Source: Acutalibacteraceae bacterium (lineage in GTDB: Bacteria; Bacillota; Clostridia; Oscillospirales; Acutalibacteraceae). Taken from it: a stretch of 64,000 bases of DNA. Of the stretch, positions 37,116 through 46,975 are shown piece by piece. The notes under the pieces are model-generated. The model was not told where the DNA came from and did no database searches. It saw only the letters and a program-made list of their open reading frames with translations. The stretch covers positions 4,049 through 68,048 of the forward strand of contig JAZQKX010000013.1 in the NCBI GenBank assembly GCA_045542355.1, written 5' to 3'. Position 1 is the first letter of the stretch. The number at the start of each line of letters is the position of its first letter. The position numbers were made by a program, and so were the translations under genes.

Positions 37116-38330
37116 GTGTTAAAATTAGCGGGTGAACACTCAAAGAAGGTGGATGTTTTGGATATAAAGAAAAAAGCGTTGGAAGCTCACTATCAGTGGA
37201 ATGGTAAAATTGAAATAATTTCCCGAACTCCTATAGAGAACAGTGAGCAATTATCTATCGCGTATACTCCCGGTGTTGCAGAACCGTGTCTTGAAATAAA
37301 TAAAGATGTAAACAAATCCTATGAGCTTACAAGACGTAGCAATCTGGTTGCAGTTGTAACTGATGGCACTGCGGTGTTGGGACTTGGTGATATCGGACCT
37401 GAGGCAGGAATGCCTGTTATGGAGGGCAAATGTTGTTTGTTTAAAGAGTTCGGCGGAGTAGATGCTTTCCCACTTTGTATAAAGTCTAAAGATGTAGAGG
37501 AGATTGTCAGGACTGTATATCTGCTTTCGGGTAGCTTTGGCGGTATCAACCTTGAGGATATATCGGCGCCGCGTTGCTTTGAAATTGAGAGAAAATTAAA
37601 GGAATTGTGCGACATTCCTGTTTTTCACGATGACCAACACGGCACAGCAATAGTTGTTGGAGCGGCTCTTATTAATGCTCTAAAGCTTGTTGGCAAACCT
37701 ATTGAGTCGGCTAAATGCGTGATAAACGGAGCTGGTTCTGCTGGTATTGCTATTGGTAAACATTTAATTAAGTTGGGTGTTAAAAATCTCACAATGGTAG
37801 ACCGCTTCGGTATAATATGCGAGGGTGACCCACAGCTGAATGATGCACAGCGTGAGATGAGTGTTGTTACCAATCGCAATAAAGAAGTAGGTAATTTGGC
37901 TGATGCTATCAGAAATGCGGATGTTTTTATTGGTGTATCTGCTCCTAATGTTGTTAGCGAAGACATGATAAAATCAATGAATCCTGATGCTATTGTATTC
38001 CCAATGGCTAACCCTGTACCCGAGATAATGCCAGATTTGGCCTTAAAAGCAGGTGCAAGAATTGTTGGTACAGGTCGTTCAGATTTCCAGAATCAGATTA
38101 ACAATGTTTGTGCTTTTCCTGGTATTTTTCGCGGTGCATTGGATGTCAGAGCCAGTGACATTAACGATGAAATGAAGATGGCAGCATCGATTGCTATTGC
38201 ATCTTTGGTAAGCGATTCTGAACTTTCAGAAGATTATATTATACCAAAAGCCTTCGACAAGCGGGTAGGAAAGGCGGTTGCAGAAGCAGTGTCAAAAGCC
38301 GCCAAAGAATCCGGAGTTGCCAGAATCTAA
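37116..38330 (+). CDS. NAD(P)-dependent malic enzyme (short, non-PTA-fused form)
   Basis: YTPGVA, VVTDGTAVLGLGDIG, FHDDQHGTA and GAGSAGIA motifs are present. The true start may be TTG at 37158, after GAAGGTGG. Confidence 0.88.
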   Translation: MLKLAGEHSKKVDVLDIKKKALEAHYQWNGKIEIISRTPIENSEQLSIAYTPGVAEPCLEINKDVNKSYELTRRSNLVAVVTDGTAVLGLGDIGPEAGMPVMEGKCCLFKEFGGVDAFPLCIKSKDVEEIVRTVYLLSGSFGGINLEDISAPRCFEIERKLKELCDIPVFHDDQHGTAIVVGAALINALKLVGKPIESAKCVINGAGSAGIAIGKHLIKLGVKNLTMVDRFGIICEGDPQLNDAQREMSVVTNRNKEVGNLADAIRNADVFIGVSAPNVVSEDMIKSMNPDAIVFPMANPVPEIMPDLALKAGARIVGTGRSDFQNQINNVCAFPGIFRGALDVRASDINDEMKMAASIAIASLVSDSELSEDYIIPKAFDKRVGKAVAEAVSKAAKESGVARI

Positions 38331-38376
38331 AAAACACACAAAGTTTTAAAAGAATTTATTCATAATATTATAATTT

Positions 38377-38412
38377 GAGTTTGCTTTTTTATTAAAAGCA
38401 GACTCTTTTTTT
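38377..38412 (+). terminator. Intrinsic terminator after the malic enzyme gene
   Basis: GAGTTTGCTTTT / AAAAGCAGACTC, 12 bp with one G:U, followed by TTTTTTT. Confidence 0.85.
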
Positions 38413-38584
38413 ATTACTTTCACTCCATGGAATTTTTTGGAATATATTGTAATAAAAATCTATGTTTAAAGACAAAGTAATCAGTCAAATATATTAACGA
38501 ACGAAATAGTAATCCAAAAAAATTTACGGCGAAATGCCTGGATATACATAGTAGCTTCGTCGTAGCTAAAGTGAGTGAAATAGA

Positions 38585-38938
38585 ATGAATATTAAACGCG
38601 GTGAAATTTATTATGCGGATTTAAGCCCTGTTATTGGCTCGGAACAGGGGGGAGTGAGACCTGTTCTGATAGTACAAAATGATGTAGGCAACAGATATAG
38701 TCCTACAGTTATTGCTGCCGCCATCACTAGTCAAAAGGAAAAGAATAATCTTCCAACTCACATAAAGGTGAATGCCGATGGTTGTGGACTTGCAAAGGAT
38801 TCTATAGTTTTATTGGAACAGGTGCGCACTATTGACAAGCAGCGGCTCAAAGAGAGAATGGGTAGCTTAGGTATTGAAACTATGGATATGGTAAATCACG
38901 CTTTGTCGGTTAGTTTCGGACTTAATGAGACGCAATAA
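38585..38938 (+). CDS. mazF: MazF/PemK-family endoribonuclease toxin
   Basis: 117 aa with KRGEIYYADLSPVIGSEQGGVRPVLIVQND...RYSPTVI...IVLLEQVRTIDKQRL, a typical MazF/EndoA sequence. Confidence 0.88.
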   Translation: MNIKRGEIYYADLSPVIGSEQGGVRPVLIVQNDVGNRYSPTVIAAAITSQKEKNNLPTHIKVNADGCGLAKDSIVLLEQVRTIDKQRLKERMGSLGIETMDMVNHALSVSFGLNETQ

Positions 38939-39020
38939 ATATTTATAAAATTAATAATAATGATTGAACTCTTCTTAGATTTGTTGTAAAATAAAATGAT
39001 AGAAAGTATATGGTGATTTT

Positions 39021-41414
39021 ATGACAATTAAAGAAGAGTTTATTAATATCAGAAAGCAGATTATAGAGAGGGATTTTTCCCGTATGAATGATATGCAGCT
39101 TAAAGCTGTTACGGCAACAAAGGGTCCCGTATTGATTCTTGCTGGGGCCGGTAGCGGTAAAACCACTGTTCTTGTTAACAGAATTGCAAATCTTATTAAA
39201 TACGGCGATGCCTATAATACCACCGATACTGGGGACATTAATGAAAATTTATTAAATATTGCTAAAGAATGTCTTGAAACAGATGATTTTGACGGCAAGT
39301 TATTCTCTTATAACCCCGTTAAACCTTGGGAGATTTTAGCAATCACCTTTACAAATAAAGCCGCTGGTGAGCTTAAGGAACGTATTGCTACTAAATTGGG
39401 GGACAGCGCTACATATATCAAAACAGGCACTTTCCATTCAATTTGCTCTAAGATTCTTCGTCGCGACGGAGACCGTTTAGGCTACGACAGAAATTATACT
39501 ATTTACGATACCGACGACCAGAAGCGGGTAATGAAGGACGTTTGCAAACAGTTAGGAATAGACGAAAAGCAGATTCAGCCAAAGACAATTCTTAACGAAA
39601 TCAGCCATGCAAAGGACAGGCTTTTATCACCGGATGATTTTGCAAAAGAAGTAGGTGTTGACGTACGTCTTAGATACATATCTAAGGCATACTATAAATA
39701 CCAAGAAAATCTTTTAAAAGCCAATGCCATGGATTTTGACGACTTAATATACAATACAGTCAGATTATTCCAAGAAAACACCGATGTTTTAGATTACTAC
39801 AGAGACCGAATTAAATACATAATGGTGGATGAATATCAGGATACCAACCCTGCTCAATATATGATGGTTAAGTTGTTAGCTGAGAAAAGCAGAAATATAT
39901 GCGTTGTTGGTGATGATGACCAGAGTATTTATAAATTCCGTGGTGCAACCATTGAAAATATTCTGAATTTTGAAAAGCATTATCCCGATGCATTGGTTAT
40001 CAGACTTGAGCAGAACTACCGTTCTACCCAGAATATATTGGATGCCGCTAACGCTGTTATATCCAATAACATGGATCGCAAGGGAAAAAGTCTCTGGACT
40101 TCTAATGGAACAGGTGAAAAGATAAGCGCAGTCACGGCTGAAAACGAAGCTGATGAAGCGCGATTTGTTTCTGAAGAAGTTTTACTGCACGTAAAAAACG
40201 GCGGTAAATTCAGCGATTGCGCCATACTTTATCGCATGAATGCTCAATCAAATGCCATTGAAAATGTATTCGTTCGTTCAGGTATACCATATAAGGTTAT
40301 TGGCGGTTTGCGATTCTACGACCGCAAGGAAATTAAGGATGTAATTTCTTATCTCAATGTTATTAATAACCCCAGCGATAATGTGCGTCTCCGTAGAATA
40401 ATCAATGAGCCTAAGCGTGGAATTGGAAATACCACCGTTGAAAACGCTTTAAGCATATCGGATTCTTTAGGATTATCACTCTTTGAAGTATTTGAAAATG
40501 CTGAAAACTATCCCTCAATATCCAGAGCCGCAGGAAAACTAAAGGAGTTCTGCGGAGTTATCCGTGATCTGCAATCCGACATAGAAGTTTTAAATCTGCA
40601 CGAACTTCTTAAAGAGATGCTGGAGAAAACAGGATACAATCTTTATCTGGCGACTTTACCTCCCGACGAAAGCGACCGTGGAGAAAACGTGCAGGAATTG
40701 ATTTCCTCTGTTATGCAATATGAGGAGGAGAACGAAAACGCAACCTTGTCCGGATTCTTGGAAGAGGTATCCCTTATCAGCGATATTGATTCCTACGAAG
40801 AGGGTGCTGATGCAACCGTTCTCATGACACTTCATTCTGCTAAGGGGTTGGAATTCGACACTGTATTTCTCATAGGTATGGAGGAGGGGATTTTTCCTGG
40901 CAATCAGACTATCTACGGCGGTCCTGAGGAGATGGAGGAAGAACGCCGCATTGCTTATGTTGGAATTACAAGAGCCAAGAGAAAGCTGTATGTTACAAAT
41001 GCATATAGGCGTATGCTCTACGGTCAGACAAGCTATAACAGGGCTTCCAGATTTTTTAACGAAATTCCTACGTTTTTATGCGATATTTGCAGTAGAGTGC
41101 AAAACGGAAATGATATCTTTGGAGATAGCTATTCTCCAAGAGCTGCATACTCAGGTTATCAGAAGAGAAATAACTACGTTTCTAACTCAGCAGTTTCCCG
41201 TCCGCAATTCAATACCCAACGTGCCGAAACTAAAAGAAATCTCCCAAGCGGTCAAAAGTTTTCTGAGGGTGATACAGTGGTCCATTCAGTATTTGGCGAG
41301 GGAACCGTTCTTAAAGCTACACCTATGGGTAATGATACATTGCTTGAGATTAACTTTATCTCGGCAGGAAACAAGAAATTAATGGCGGCTTTTGCCAAAC
41401 TTAAGAAGGTGTAG
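39021..41414 (+). CDS. pcrA: ATP-dependent DNA helicase PcrA (UvrD/Rep family)
   Basis: Helicase motifs AGAGSGKTT, TFTNKAA, VDEYQDTN, QNYRST, VGITRAK and others are present. The C-terminal region is Tudor-like. Confidence 0.92.
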   Translation: MTIKEEFINIRKQIIERDFSRMNDMQLKAVTATKGPVLILAGAGSGKTTVLVNRIANLIKYGDAYNTTDTGDINENLLNIAKECLETDDFDGKLFSYNPVKPWEILAITFTNKAAGELKERIATKLGDSATYIKTGTFHSICSKILRRDGDRLGYDRNYTIYDTDDQKRVMKDVCKQLGIDEKQIQPKTILNEISHAKDRLLSPDDFAKEVGVDVRLRYISKAYYKYQENLLKANAMDFDDLIYNTVRLFQENTDVLDYYRDRIKYIMVDEYQDTNPAQYMMVKLLAEKSRNICVVGDDDQSIYKFRGATIENILNFEKHYPDALVIRLEQNYRSTQNILDAANAVISNNMDRKGKSLWTSNGTGEKISAVTAENEADEARFVSEEVLLHVKNGGKFSDCAILYRMNAQSNAIENVFVRSGIPYKVIGGLRFYDRKEIKDVISYLNVINNPSDNVRLRRIINEPKRGIGNTTVENALSISDSLGLSLFEVFENAENYPSISRAAGKLKEFCGVIRDLQSDIEVLNLHELLKEMLEKTGYNLYLATLPPDESDRGENVQELISSVMQYEEENENATLSGFLEEVSLISDIDSYEEGADATVLMTLHSAKGLEFDTVFLIGMEEGIFPGNQTIYGGPEEMEEERRIAYVGITRAKRKLYVTNAYRRMLYGQTSYNRASRFFNEIPTFLCDICSRVQNGNDIFGDSYSPRAAYSGYQKRNNYVSNSAVSRPQFNTQRAETKRNLPSGQKFSEGDTVVHSVFGEGTVLKATPMGNDTLLEINFISAGNKKLMAAFAKLKKV

Positions 41415-41415
41415 C

Positions 41416-41895
41416 ATGGGTAAGGAAGCTAAGACCAACGCTGTTCGTATTCTTGAGAAAGCCAATATTAAGTTTAGTGTAAACAATTATGTTTGCGGGG
41501 AATTTGTTGATGCTGTTAAAATTGCGGATATGCTTTCCCAGCCATATGAATCTTCCTATAAAACATTAGTGGCACAAGGGAGAAGCACACGGAATTATTT
41601 TGTGTTCTGCGTTCCTATTGCCGAGGAGCTTGACTTAAAAAAAGCGGCAAAATGTGTTGGTGAAAAATCTGTTGCCTTGATTCATGTTAAGGACATAACC
41701 CCTGTGACGGGATACATTAGAGGCGGTTGTACGCCTATCGGCATGAAAAAACATTATGTAACAGTAATAGATAAAACTGCTGAAAAATTTCCCGAAATAA
41801 TTATAAGCGGTGGTAAAATCGGTGTTCAGCTTTTACTTAATCCATACGACCTTTCTAAGATAACCGATGCGACCTTTGCTGATATAGTTTTGTGA
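41416..41895 (+). CDS. ybaK: Cys-tRNA(Pro)/Cys-tRNA(Cys) deacylase YbaK
   Basis: About 159 aa. The N-terminal TNAVRILE and the ...GGCTPIGMKK pattern are typical of the YbaK/EbsC family. The start is at ATG 41416. Confidence 0.82.
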   Translation: MGKEAKTNAVRILEKANIKFSVNNYVCGEFVDAVKIADMLSQPYESSYKTLVAQGRSTRNYFVFCVPIAEELDLKKAAKCVGEKSVALIHVKDITPVTGYIRGGCTPIGMKKHYVTVIDKTAEKFPEIIISGGKIGVQLLLNPYDLSKITDATFADIVL

Positions 41896-41914
41896 GAAAA
41901 TGAGGAGACTTGAA

Positions 41915-42925
41915 ATGAACGAGATTATAATGTCTGTTGGTATCGTGGCATACAACGAGGAGGATTTTATTCCCTCGTTATTGTCTGATATACTGGCTCA
42001 GGATTTTCCAAAGAAACAGATAGAACTGCTGTTTATAAATAGTATGTCAACAGACGGAACAGTTGGAATTTTTAAGGAATTCAAGGAAAACCATGGTGAA
42101 GAATATAAAAACATTTTAGTTCTCGACAATCCTCTTAAAAATCAAGCGAGTGGTTGGAATGTTGCTATTGATAATTTCAGTGGTGATGCCTTGATAAGAC
42201 TTGATGCACATGCCAAAATCACTCAAGATTTTATCAGACATAATGCCGAATGCTTATGCTCTGGTGAAATGGTTTGCGGTGGCATGAGACCTAATATTAT
42301 AAAGAATGCTACTGCTCTCAAAAATTTAGTTTTACTTGCCGATACCTCAATGTTCGGAGGTAGCTTTGGTAAATATCACAACAGCGATAAGAAAAGCTAT
42401 GTAGATACTTTGTTTCACGGATGCTATCGCAAAGAAGTAATTGAAAAGGTGGGACACTTCAACCCTGAGTTGGGTAGAACTGAGGATAATGATTTCCATC
42501 AGCGTGTTCGCCAGGCAGGATATAAAATCTGCTATGACCCGCAAATTAAATCTTATCAGTATTCAAGAGGTAGTATTATCGGATCTGTTCGCCAAAAATA
42601 CGGTAACGGATTTTGGATTGGAAGAACAACTGCAGTTAATCCTAAATGTATTTCTCTTTTCCATTTTGTACCCTTTTTATTTGTCCTTGCAATAATCGGA
42701 ACGTCAGTGATTGGTGCACTATGGACTTGGGCTTTGTTTGCTTTGCTGATAGCGGCATACGGATTTGTTAATATTGCATTAAGTCTTATTTCGATTATTT
42801 CCGCTAAACCTTTTCACCTTGTTAATTTATTGCTTCCAATTATGTTTTTGGCATTGCATTTAGCCTATGGAATCGGAACGATAATGGGATTTATCAGCAT
42901 ATTAACTCGTAATCCAAAAAGGTAA
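41915..42925 (+). CDS. Family 2 glycosyltransferase with C-terminal TM segments
   Basis: VGIVAYNEE..., DNP...GWN and RLDAH (GT-A DxD-like) motifs, with 2-3 C-terminal TM helices. Confidence 0.8.
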   Translation: MNEIIMSVGIVAYNEEDFIPSLLSDILAQDFPKKQIELLFINSMSTDGTVGIFKEFKENHGEEYKNILVLDNPLKNQASGWNVAIDNFSGDALIRLDAHAKITQDFIRHNAECLCSGEMVCGGMRPNIIKNATALKNLVLLADTSMFGGSFGKYHNSDKKSYVDTLFHGCYRKEVIEKVGHFNPELGRTEDNDFHQRVRQAGYKICYDPQIKSYQYSRGSIIGSVRQKYGNGFWIGRTTAVNPKCISLFHFVPFLFVLAIIGTSVIGALWTWALFALLIAAYGFVNIALSLISIISAKPFHLVNLLLPIMFLALHLAYGIGTIMGFISILTRNPKR

Positions 42926-42934
42926 GAGGTAATA

Positions 42935-43807
42935 ATGAATAGGAATTATTTGTATATTATTTTAGCGGCTGTTGGCTGGGGAATAACCGGTATTTTTATT
43001 TCCGCTCTTGATGGATATGGATTAACAACACCCATCATCAGCGCCGCCCGTTCTGTGTTTACCGCATTGATTATTGGACTTTGGCTATTAATCTACAATC
43101 GCAGTGCATTTAAAATCCGACTTAAAGACATTTGGGTGTTTATAGGTACAGGTGTTCTCAGTTTCACGTTCTTTACATATTGTTATTATTTATCAATTAA
43201 TTACAACGGCATGGCGGTTGCGGCTGTTCTGCTTTATACGGCACCTGTGTTCGTATCGGTTATGTCGGCGTTAATATTCAGGTCTGCATTTACTAAATAT
43301 AAGGTTATTGCATTGATTTTATCATTTTTAGGCTGCGCATTAGTTTCTGAAGTATTTAATGCAGACTATCGAATTTCAACAATGGGCATACTTTCGGGAT
43401 TAGGCTCAGGATTTGGATACGCATTATATACTATTTTCGGCGAGATAGCGATTAAAAAGGGATATAAGAGCGAGACAATATCTTTTTATACCTTTGTGTC
43501 GGCTTCAGTTGCAACAGTGACTTTCGCGTTATTTGGCGGTATACCTGAGATTAGTGATTTTGGCAAAATATCGGTTATATTAGTATTGTTTGCTTTGCTA
43601 ACAGGTGCGGCGCCTTATTTACTTTATACCAAGGGGTTAGAAAAAACCGAGCCCTCAATGGCAGCTATTGTGGCAACCATAGAACCTGTTGTGGCGGCTA
43701 TACTCGGTGTTACCGTTTTAAACGAGGGTTTAACAATAACAAAATTTTTTGGTATCCTATTAATATTTATTTCGTTACTTGTTGCCAATAGGCAAAAAGA
43801 ATGTTGA
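42935..43807 (+). CDS. EamA/DMT-family transporter
   Basis: 290 aa with about 10 TM segments in a duplicated EamA-type pattern. Confidence 0.8.
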   Translation: MNRNYLYIILAAVGWGITGIFISALDGYGLTTPIISAARSVFTALIIGLWLLIYNRSAFKIRLKDIWVFIGTGVLSFTFFTYCYYLSINYNGMAVAAVLLYTAPVFVSVMSALIFRSAFTKYKVIALILSFLGCALVSEVFNADYRISTMGILSGLGSGFGYALYTIFGEIAIKKGYKSETISFYTFVSASVATVTFALFGGIPEISDFGKISVILVLFALLTGAAPYLLYTKGLEKTEPSMAAIVATIEPVVAAILGVTVLNEGLTITKFFGILLIFISLLVANRQKEC

Positions 43808-43866
43808 ATTCTCTAGCTTGTTGTGTTACAATTATTAGGTTAAATCTTTTGTAAGGAGTGGTAGCT

Positions 43867-44694
43867 ATGGCTGATAACAGACCTATTGGTGTATTTGATT
43901 CGGGACTTGGCGGTTTAACGGTTGTTCGCGAGTTAATCAAGGTTATGCCTTACGAGGATATTGTATATTTTGGTGACACAGGCAGAGTGCCGTATGGTAC
44001 CCGTAGCCGTGAGACTATCTATAAATACACAAAGCAGGATGAAAGCTTTTTATTGTCTCAGGATGTTAAAATGATAATTGCCGCTTGTGGCACTGTCAGT
44101 TCTGTTGCATCAGGGACAGGTGAATTGCTTCCTGTACCATTTGTAGAGGTTGTGTCTCATGCCGCCAGGAGAGCGGTTGAGGCAACTGTTAACGGCAAAA
44201 TCGGTGTGATAGCCACCCCCGCGACAGTTAAAAGTAATTCTTATAAAAAGTATATACATTCATTAATGCCCAACGCTGAGGTAGTTCAAAACGATTGTCC
44301 ATTGTTTGTACCACTTGTTGAGGCAGGCTGGGTCGAGCGTGACGATTTGGTAATAATAGAGACCGCCCGAAGATATTTAGAGCCTATCAAAGCGGCAGGT
44401 GTGGACGTTTTGATTATGGGTTGCACACACTATCCTGTTATAACCGACGTTATAAGGGATATAATGGGTGAAAATGTCGCCTTAGTTAATACAGGTGAAT
44501 ATACCGCCAAAGCGGCATACGATATGCTTGTTTCTAAGGATATGCAATCGGAAAGCAAAACACTGGGTACTCAGAAATATTTTGTCAGCGATAAAACCGA
44601 GGCGTTCTCCAAAACCGCCTCTATCCTTATGGGCTCACGTTTTACAGGGAATGTAAGCGAGGTTGATATACATAGCGTTAAGGAGCTATTTTAA
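43867..44694 (+). CDS. murI: Glutamate racemase
   Basis: IGVFDSGLGGLTV, ACGT and GCTHYP motifs are present. Confidence 0.9.
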   Translation: MADNRPIGVFDSGLGGLTVVRELIKVMPYEDIVYFGDTGRVPYGTRSRETIYKYTKQDESFLLSQDVKMIIAACGTVSSVASGTGELLPVPFVEVVSHAARRAVEATVNGKIGVIATPATVKSNSYKKYIHSLMPNAEVVQNDCPLFVPLVEAGWVERDDLVIIETARRYLEPIKAAGVDVLIMGCTHYPVITDVIRDIMGENVALVNTGEYTAKAAYDMLVSKDMQSESKTLGTQKYFVSDKTEAFSKTASILMGSRFTGNVSEVDIHSVKELF

Positions 44695-45116
44695 TGAAGG
44701 AAGTTACATTTAATATAAAGGGAACTCAGGAAATCGACGGTCATTCCGATGTTATTGAATTTATGTCGGTGGGTAAATATACAAATTCTGATGATTCCGT
44801 AATTCTTGAATATGACGAAAGCGTTTCTTTTGGTGTAAAGGGTGTGAAAACAACCCTAACACTCCATCAAAACGGTGTTGTAACCTTGGAGCGAAGCGGG
44901 GGAAAATACGGTAATCTTATCGTTGAAGAGGGGAAAAGACACCTCTGTCAATACTCCACCGAATACGGGGATATTATGATTGGAATCTTCGGTGAAAGTG
45001 TCAAGAATAACTTGACGGAAGATGGTGGCAGCCTGTCCTTGCAGTATTCCATAGATGTTAATGCAGGATTATTAAGTAAAAATAAAGTAGAGATAAGCAT
45101 AAGAGAGGAAGCTTAA
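44694..45116 (+). CDS. DUF1934 (YwiB-like) beta-barrel protein
   Basis: 140 aa, in the conserved position immediately upstream of argS seen in Firmicutes. A TAATG overlap links it to murI. Confidence 0.72.
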   Translation: MKEVTFNIKGTQEIDGHSDVIEFMSVGKYTNSDDSVILEYDESVSFGVKGVKTTLTLHQNGVVTLERSGGKYGNLIVEEGKRHLCQYSTEYGDIMIGIFGESVKNNLTEDGGSLSLQYSIDVNAGLLSKNKVEISIREEA

Positions 45117-45117
45117 A

Positions 45118-46857
45118 ATGTCAGTGGTCGTTAAAACAACTAAAAATACTATCGAAAAATGTATTCTTAATGCGGTGGAAAAAGCGGTTTCTAATGGTAT
45201 TTTACCCGAGGCCGAACTGCCGTCGTTTTCTATCGAGGAGCCTGCAGACAGCACTCATGGTGATTTTGCTGTAAATGCCGCTATGATATGGGCTCGAGCT
45301 TTAAAGAGCGCTCCCAGAAAAATTGCAGAGACAATTGTTGATAATATTAATATAGAAAACACGTATATCGATAAATTGGAAATAGCCGGTCCTGGGTTCA
45401 TTAATTTCTATCTAAAGCCGTCCTACTATGCTGCTGTTGTGGCGGATGCTTTAGAAAAAGGCGAGGAATACGGTAATTCTGATATGGGCCATGGTAAAAA
45501 GGTAATGGTGGAGTTTGTTTCAGCCAACCCCACCGGCCCCATGCATATTGGTAATGCACGTGGCGGCGCTTTAGGTGACACCTTGGCTTCAGTTCTCAGC
45601 AAGGCGGGGTATGATGTTACCAGAGAATTTTATGTTAATGACGCTGGTAATCAGATACAGAAATTTGCAGGGTCATTAGAGGCTCGTTATTTGCAGTTAT
45701 TTGATTCATCTGTAGAGTTTCCAGAGGATGGATATCATGGCGCCGATATTATTGAAAGAGCAACCGAATTCAAGAATATTAATGGTGATAAATATGTAAC
45801 CAGTTCTCCTGAGGAGAGGAGACAAGCTCTTGTTGATTATGCTTTACCCCTCAATATAGCCGCTCTTAAAACAGATCTTGAAGCCTATAGAATCAACTAT
45901 GATGTATGGTTCAGAGAATCCAGTCTATATGCAGATGGCACCCTCGAAAAGGTTATTCAGCACATGAAAGACAGCGGTCTCACCTATGAAAAAGAGGGAG
46001 CTCTTTGGTATAAAAATGCTGAATTCACAGCGGCTCTTTTAAAGCGTCAGGGTAAGAGTGACGCAGAAATTGAAAAGCTTGAACTTAAGGATGATGTCTT
46101 AATCCGCGCTAATGGTAATCCAACATATTTTGCTGCCGACATTGCATATCACTACAATAAATTTGCTATCCGTGGCTTTGACACCGTAATCAATGTTTGG
46201 GGTGCAGATCATCACGGTCACGTTGCAAGAATTAAAGGCGCTATGGATGCTATTGGTCAGTCGGGTGACAAGCTTGATATTGTACTCATGCAGTTGGTTC
46301 GTCTTGTACGCGCAGGTGAGGTTGTAAGAGTTTCAAAAAGAACTGGTAAATCTATAACCCTTAAAACACTTCTTGATGAAGTTCCTGTTGATGCAGCAAG
46401 ATTTATATTCAACTCTAAAGAGCCATCAACCCATCTTGAGTTTGACCTTGATTTAGCGGTTGAAGAAACCAGCCAGAATCCTGTATATTATGTTCAATAT
46501 GCCCATGCGAGAATTTGTAGCATACTCAGAGCGTTGGAAAACGATAATATCAAGCCTCGCAAGTGTTCCATTGACGAGCTTTGCAGATTGTCGGCTCCTG
46601 AAGAACGTATGCTGATAAAGCACATTGCGTCCCTTACAGGCGAAATTGAATCCGCCGCAAGAAGCTACGATTCCGCAAGGATAACCCGCTATGTATATGA
46701 CTTAGCTACCTTGTTCCATAAGTTCTATAATGCTTGTAGAGTTAAGGGTGAGGACGAAGTGTTAATGCAGGCTCGACTCAATCTCTGCGTTGCCACAGCC
46801 TCTGTTATTAGAGCAGTACTTGCTATGCTGAAAATTGACGCTCCAAAATCTATGTAA
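45118..46857 (+). CDS. argS: Arginine--tRNA ligase
   Basis: SANPTGPMHIGNARG (HIGH) and a class I ArgRS anticodon-binding C-terminus, 579 aa. Confidence 0.93.
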   Translation: MSVVVKTTKNTIEKCILNAVEKAVSNGILPEAELPSFSIEEPADSTHGDFAVNAAMIWARALKSAPRKIAETIVDNINIENTYIDKLEIAGPGFINFYLKPSYYAAVVADALEKGEEYGNSDMGHGKKVMVEFVSANPTGPMHIGNARGGALGDTLASVLSKAGYDVTREFYVNDAGNQIQKFAGSLEARYLQLFDSSVEFPEDGYHGADIIERATEFKNINGDKYVTSSPEERRQALVDYALPLNIAALKTDLEAYRINYDVWFRESSLYADGTLEKVIQHMKDSGLTYEKEGALWYKNAEFTAALLKRQGKSDAEIEKLELKDDVLIRANGNPTYFAADIAYHYNKFAIRGFDTVINVWGADHHGHVARIKGAMDAIGQSGDKLDIVLMQLVRLVRAGEVVRVSKRTGKSITLKTLLDEVPVDAARFIFNSKEPSTHLEFDLDLAVEETSQNPVYYVQYAHARICSILRALENDNIKPRKCSIDELCRLSAPEERMLIKHIASLTGEIESAARSYDSARITRYVYDLATLFHKFYNACRVKGEDEVLMQARLNLCVATASVIRAVLAMLKIDAPKSM

Positions 46858-46928
46858 TAAGAACCCGACCCGCTGTATGAAATTAAAATTTTGAGCGGTT
46901 ATCTCGGAACCTTGTTGTATTTGCAATA

Positions 46929-46958
46929 AAAAACGGATAGCTCAGGCTATCCGTTTTT
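46929..46958. terminator. Bidirectional intrinsic terminator between the convergent argS and PAP2 genes
   Basis: AAAAACGGATAGC / GCTATCCGTTTTT, 13 perfect bp with a 4-nt loop. Confidence 0.85.
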
Positions 46959-46975
46959 ACTTTGTATTTTTATTA

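Noticed and set aside
44694-45117. T-box leader upstream of argS
   Set aside because: argS starts 1 nt after the DUF1934 gene, leaving no room for a leader. No T-box core (AGGGTGGNACCGCG-like) was seen upstream of murI either.
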